Source: Rhizodiscina lignyota (taxonomy: Eukaryota). Taken from it: a DNA stretch of 64,000 bases. This document shows, one piece after another, positions 58,899 through 64,000 of this stretch. The stretch lies in contig ML978121.1 in the NCBI GenBank assembly GCA_010015805.1, forward strand, positions 1,736,001 through 1,800,000, in the 5' to 3' direction. The notes beneath the pieces are model-generated. The model ran no database searches. It was not told where the DNA came from and saw only the letters and a program-made list of their open reading frames with translations. The number at the start of each line of letters is the position of its first letter. Position 1 is the first letter of the stretch. Made by a program: the position numbers and the translations under genes.

Positions 58899-61528
58899 AT
58901 GAGGTCGTCTGTTGCGTCCTCTGGCAATACTTGCATTCTTATTTTATTCATCTCCACTATACTGGTTGCCGCTTTTCGTCATTATTGGCTCGGTCAGTAA
59001 ATATTCATCGTATCCGACTGGCCCTTGATTCTAGCTAACTGGTCTTGACTCCGGATAGAATCAAATGATCCTTTCAAATGCCGCACACTTCTACGACAAG
59101 GCAAATGGCTTCCAGCTGTGCCGACCCTCTTCAGCATATCATCTCAAAGATGGCAACCACCGGGATGTCTCCTCCATGAATATACGGCCAAGGACATACA
59201 ACTCTGCCTTGGGTCGAGAAGCATCCTCTTCGCTGGTGATTCTGCATTACGCCAGACATTCTGGGCGACTGCAAGGAAGCTCGATTCTACGCGGGCAAAG
59301 GCCGAAGAAGCCAAGACGGTGCGACATGAAAACATTGTTTATGACACGGAGTTTGGACGTCTGCAATTCCTGTGGGATCCGTTCCTGAACAGCTCCGATC
59401 TGTGGCAAGTTGTGGAATCTTATTCTGGACCTGTAGAGCCGGCAAATCGTATTGCAGCCATCGTCCTTGGCGGTGGTCTATGGTTTGCACGTCATCTTGA
59501 GAATGGCTCTCCTGATCGATTCGAAGAAGTGATTGGGAAACTTGTTTCCTTTGATCAGGACATGTGGCTCGAGAACATGCCCTGGTACACTTCATTCGAA
59601 GAATCAAGTGACCAGATTCTTATCGTCCCTGTTGAACAGCCACTCTATGACCGGCTCACCCTTGACAGGGCGGTTGATATCATGCCACAAGAAATCAACA
59701 ACATGAACGAGTATTTGGACGTGCTCTCTCTCAAGAGACGGGCAAATGTAGTGAGCGCTTTCACACGAATGACAGAAGGACGCAGCGATGCGTATACGGA
59801 TAGTGGGCTGCATGTTGTCGACAGTGTCGCGGATGACAGGGCAAACATCATTCTCAATCTAAGATGCAATGCAAAGCTGGACCGGATGCTTGGTGCGCCA
59901 TTCAACCGTACATGTTGCTCACCATATCCGCACTTCACGTGGGTGCAACTTCTAGCGCTGGCTACCTTCGTCGTTCTCCTCCCGTACAAGGTTCTTCGCA
60001 TATTCCAGACAAATCGAGGCCTGCACATATCCAAAGCTTTCAATAGAACACAAACGAGCGTCATTCTGATGGCCGCTATCGGATACTGCGTATTGGCGGA
60101 TCGAACACACCTTTTCAACAAGACGCCAAAAGTCTTTGATATCAAGGAACTTCTATTTCTTTGTGGCCTTTCCCTGATCATCGGTGTCCTTACTGTGAGG
60201 CGATCTTATAATCACAGGGAGATCCGGCTGGTCACAGAACCCGGAGCCAGCATTGACGAGAGCACCTTTCTCTCTCGACAACAAACTGAAGAATGGAAGG
60301 GATGGATGCAGCTTTTCATACTTTTCTATCATTACACCGGTGGATCGCGCAATCTCCGTGTGTATATTCTGGTCCGTTTACTGGTTGCTTCGTATCTCTT
60401 CCTCACAGGCTACGGACACGCGATGTATTTTCTCAGCAGCGCGGATTACTCCTTCAAGCGAGTGGCAGCTGTTCTGGTACGATTAAACCTACTCAGCTGC
60501 GTTCTCCCCTACATAATGCAGACGGATTACTTGGATTACTACTTCGCACCTCTCGTCAGCTTTTGGTTCATGTTCGTCTATTTCACCCTGCGTTTCCGGA
60601 GAGGACATAACCAGCACCTACCGTTTCTCATCATGAAGATAATGGTTGCGCACTTCCTCTGCTGGCTGATCCACTACGACGACCGTCTCACAAATATTGT
60701 ATTCCGCAGCCTCGCTCGTACCTGTCGCACCACCTGGGATAGCAGAGAATGGTACTTCCGTGTGACGTTAGATATCCATGTGGTCTGTGTTGGAATGTTC
60801 GTAGCTGCCGTTCAAGCTTCTGTGGCATCGCAACCTACTTCCAGTACCAAGTTCTCGATATGGGGCGCGTTAAGAGTGGTGGCGGCAGGTCTGGTCATCT
60901 CTGCGTATTCGTATTCGGCACAATGGACAGAGACGAAATACGAGTATAACTGGTGGCATGCGAAACTGGCTTGGCTACCCGTGCTCTCATACGTCGTGCT
61001 GCGTAACTCAAATGCGCTCTTCAGATCGACTCACTCAACAGCGTTTGAGTGGATTGGCAAGCGCTCCCTGGAGACTTTTGTTCTCCAATTTCACATTTGG
61101 CTTGCTGCAGACACGAAAGGCTTGCTGAGTCTTGGGATTTGGAGCCATATCGGCCTCGCACGATACGAACGACCACTCGATTTTCTGGTCTTCACAACCA
61201 TTTTCCTGTGGCTAAGCAATTTGGTTTCCAACGCGACCAACCACATCACAACTTTAATCATTCAGTCTGACGGACTCGAGAAGCCTTTCTCCAGCATCGA
61301 GGGCGATGAGGAACGAAGGAAGTCCACAGAATTGAAGCTGCCAGTGTATGCCAGCTACGGCACGCGATATATTCGATCTCGAGGCCGAGGAGTGTTGGCT
61401 TGGCTAAAAGACTTGAAAGTCAAAATTGCTTTGATGTTGATCACTTTGTGGATTCTCAATTTGGTATATGGGCACTCCCAGCTATGTCCCAGCATCGAGT
61501 ACTAACAGGTTGGTAGACATATCGATAG
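58899..61528 (+). CDS. CAS1: Cas1p/CASD1-family O-acetyltransferase; exons about 58899-58992, 59059-61463, 61517-61528
   Basis: RWQPPGC, FAGDS..RQ (GDS), DSGLH (DxxH), LNLRCN, LSRQQTEEWKGWMQ and SLETFVLQFHIWLAADT; multiple TM helices. Confidence 0.92.
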
Positions 61529-63346
61529 AGAACGAGCATGCACAGAGGAAGTACAAAGGAAACATGGCTAATCCATTCAATGGTGGATTGGGAATGTGGG
61601 GATGTGGAGCGAGAATGCCATGTGTTTGCTTTTCGTGCTACCATCGCCAGGGAACACGCATAAGAGGCCGCATCTACCTCGGTTCATAGAAAGAAAGTAA
61701 AGTTATCGGCTGAATTCAGTAATCTGGAAAGACAACAATGGTGAGACGGCGACAGAAAATACTTCACAATGATCCTGTGTACCTCACACTTCCTATCGTG
61801 AATTGACCGGTCCACCCAAGTCGGAGGGCGGACGAGTAGGCGCGTTCCTGCATAAAGCTGTGCGAGCAGGCGACTCGACAGAATCAGTACGTAGATGGCT
61901 GCTGACAGTTTCTGGCAGCGGGCGTCTGCATCGTCAATACTGCGATGTTGGGTTGCCACGTGCTCTGAGTTGGCGTGGCATGTGCATGGGCATACTGTGC
62001 AACTCAAACCTCTTTGATAGTGCCGTATCTTGGTAAGCATCGCCGATCTTCAAGGATAACCATGAATAGATGCTGTCTGTGGCTCAAGTCCAAGGCCGTC
62101 AGAGACTGATTTGTCTCAAGCAGGCATTCTTCTCGAAGCCATGTTGTGAAACATCATGATACACAACAGACGGGAGCGGGAGAATTGCGCCAACGACGAT
62201 GCTCTAGCCACGAGGTGCGAGATGGAATGAGCGAGCATGTTCGATCCACCTTGGGTTTGATGCAATAGGGCATATGAAACACAATAGAGGAGGCGAGGTT
62301 CATGGACGGAAATGCTGTGCAGCAGCGCTTCACCCTGCCTCTCTCGTGGGGTAACTGGACGTCAACCACTCTTCGTTGATCTATTCACTTAAGTTTGGGA
62401 TGTCGGGGTCGGTGCAGAGATCTCCACATAGTTGCCCGTTCTCACTCGAGACAAGAGGCTCCAACTAATAGCTGCAGCGGCTGCTTGTGACATCTCGGCC
62501 TCATGATGAGACACCGAATGGACATCACAGAGAGCCTCCGGGAAGCCCCTCCGCTACCAAGCAGAGCGAAAAAGGGAAAGAAAAAATAGAGTCCAGGTTC
62601 AGGCGACGCAGTGAATTAAAAAGAAGTACAAAGTGAATAAATCGGATATTGAAAGTGTTCGCTGGGCTGAGCAAACAATCGTCACCTCTTCTCTTGCCTA
62701 CGGCGGGGGAAACAGGGTTCGGCCGCTGCGCTGCGGTGTGAGAAGCGGCCACTCCACTCCAGGAATTCCATCACAGCCATCGCGCGCCAAGTTTCGCCTT
62801 CAACACCGTCCACCTACTTTCTTTCTTCACCTCTTGAATCATCAGCGAACCAACACAATCGCGCCGCCTCCTTTGTCTCTGCTCTCCGTTGGCCCACGAA
62901 GCTTCCTTCTCTGCCGTGCTACCGAAGCCTTGGTCTCTGCTACGCAACGTTTTGCTGCACACTTCCGCCCCCCGAACGTGCCCATTGACTGCTGCAAACG
63001 ATTTCATAACGCGTTTTGCGGACCATCTCGCGCGACCACGCCAATTTCGTACTGCCAACATCATGGTGTTGGTGGTACTGGTGTCGTGAGCGCTTCTTTG
63101 TGCGGCATCAAAGGTACCCTAACCGCCGAAAATCGCTATCCGTTCGCGCTTCTGTAATAGTGGGCTGTTTGTTAACTCGTACGATCTCAGAATTACATCT
63201 TAACACCCTCTCGACTCGTGCCTCGTTACGAATCCCAAAGCACCCGACGCCTCGGTCACAGAAATTCGAACTAGTCGCCGCTTTTTGGTGGCGCCGGTGG
63301 CAACGACACACAGCATTTTTGAAGTGCGAGCGCGTCAACCGTCAAG

Positions 63347-64000
63347 ATGGCCTGGCAACCACAGGAAGAGCCTCTCCGCACGCTCGCCCACTACTTGAGA
63401 GATTCTTTGAGTGGACATGACAAAAACGCGCAGAAGAACGCGGAGCTGGTGAGTGCGGGCGGCTCTCCCCGCAATTAATGTCACTAAGAGGTTTTTCCAC
63501 AGATGCTCAAACAAGGGAAAGCATCTCCAGATTTCCCAAACTACTTAGCATTTCTGTTCTGCAATGAGCAGTCGCCGACAGTGATCGATCTTTCTCCCGA
63601 GAACTACCATCTTGCGCGAAGCGCGGCGGCGATCCTCCTCAAGAACGACATCAAATCCGGCTATAAGAAGATACCGTCTTCAAACAAATCATACATTAAA
63701 TCAGTCATATTGCAAGGCCTGCGCGACCAGAATGGACAGATTCGAAACTATGCAGGTAACGTCATCACCGAGATCGTGCGGCAGGGTGGCATCATGGACT
63801 GGCCTCAGATACTCGCCGAGCTCGTGTCCGTAATTCAGAACAAAAGCGGATCTGAAAGCCAAGTAGCACAAGAAGGTGCAATGTCGGCTTTATTGAAGAT
63901 CTGTGAGGACAACAAACGGGCGTTGGACAAGGTGTACCAAGGCGAACGACCGCTGGCTTTCTTATTTCCACAGCTTCTGGCTTTCACGGCTAGCGAGCAT
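63347..64000 (+). CDS. KAP104: Importin beta-2/transportin (partial, runs off the window end); intron 63449-63502
   Basis: MAWQPQEEPL..LRDSLSG, PDFPNYLAF, RSAAAILLKN, IRNYAGNVITEIV..GG..DWPQIL and EGAMSALLKICEDN. Confidence 0.92.

Noticed and set aside
58899..61528. CAS1 as part of one cluster with the pyruvyltransferase and transporter
   Set aside because: It is about 27 kb away and separated by many housekeeping genes. CAS1 homologs are widespread, so the linkage is probably incidental.
62525..63340. Several overlapping ORFs upstream of KAP104
   Set aside because: No motifs, and the composition fits a promoter or long 5' UTR.

Overview
This is intron-containing genomic DNA from a filamentous ascomycete (Pezizomycotina, probably Dothideomycete-like; inferred from GT..AG introns of about 50 nt with CTRAY branch sites and from gene content). 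About 25 protein-coding genes can be reconstructed by hand. Housekeeping genes: EMC1, farnesyltransferase beta (RAM1), TCTP, SUR2, AHA1, KAP104 (partial), a formin-GBD protein and a Seg1-like protein. Accessory or metabolic genes: histidine acid phosphatase, single-domain MetE-like enzyme, two MFS transporters, two cupins, epoxide hydrolase, SDR, methyltransferase, P450, S10 carboxypeptidase, Dabb protein, CAS1 O-acetyltransferase. The most striking observation is a gene at 6602-7869 that the ORF track misses entirely. It has 13 micro-exons (36-70 nt) and 12 introns (47-57 nt) that splice into one open 218-aa frame with a BED-like C2H2 zinc finger and an NLS. Its introns share a sequence motif, and it sits beside a RIP-like AT-rich tract. 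Also notable: a head-to-head pair of a Pvg1-like pyruvyltransferase and an SLC35/TPT-family transporter, a Zn2Cys6-like coiled-coil orphan with a 108-bp tandem duplication, and a box C/D snoRNA candidate. Family assignments come from motif recognition, not database searches.
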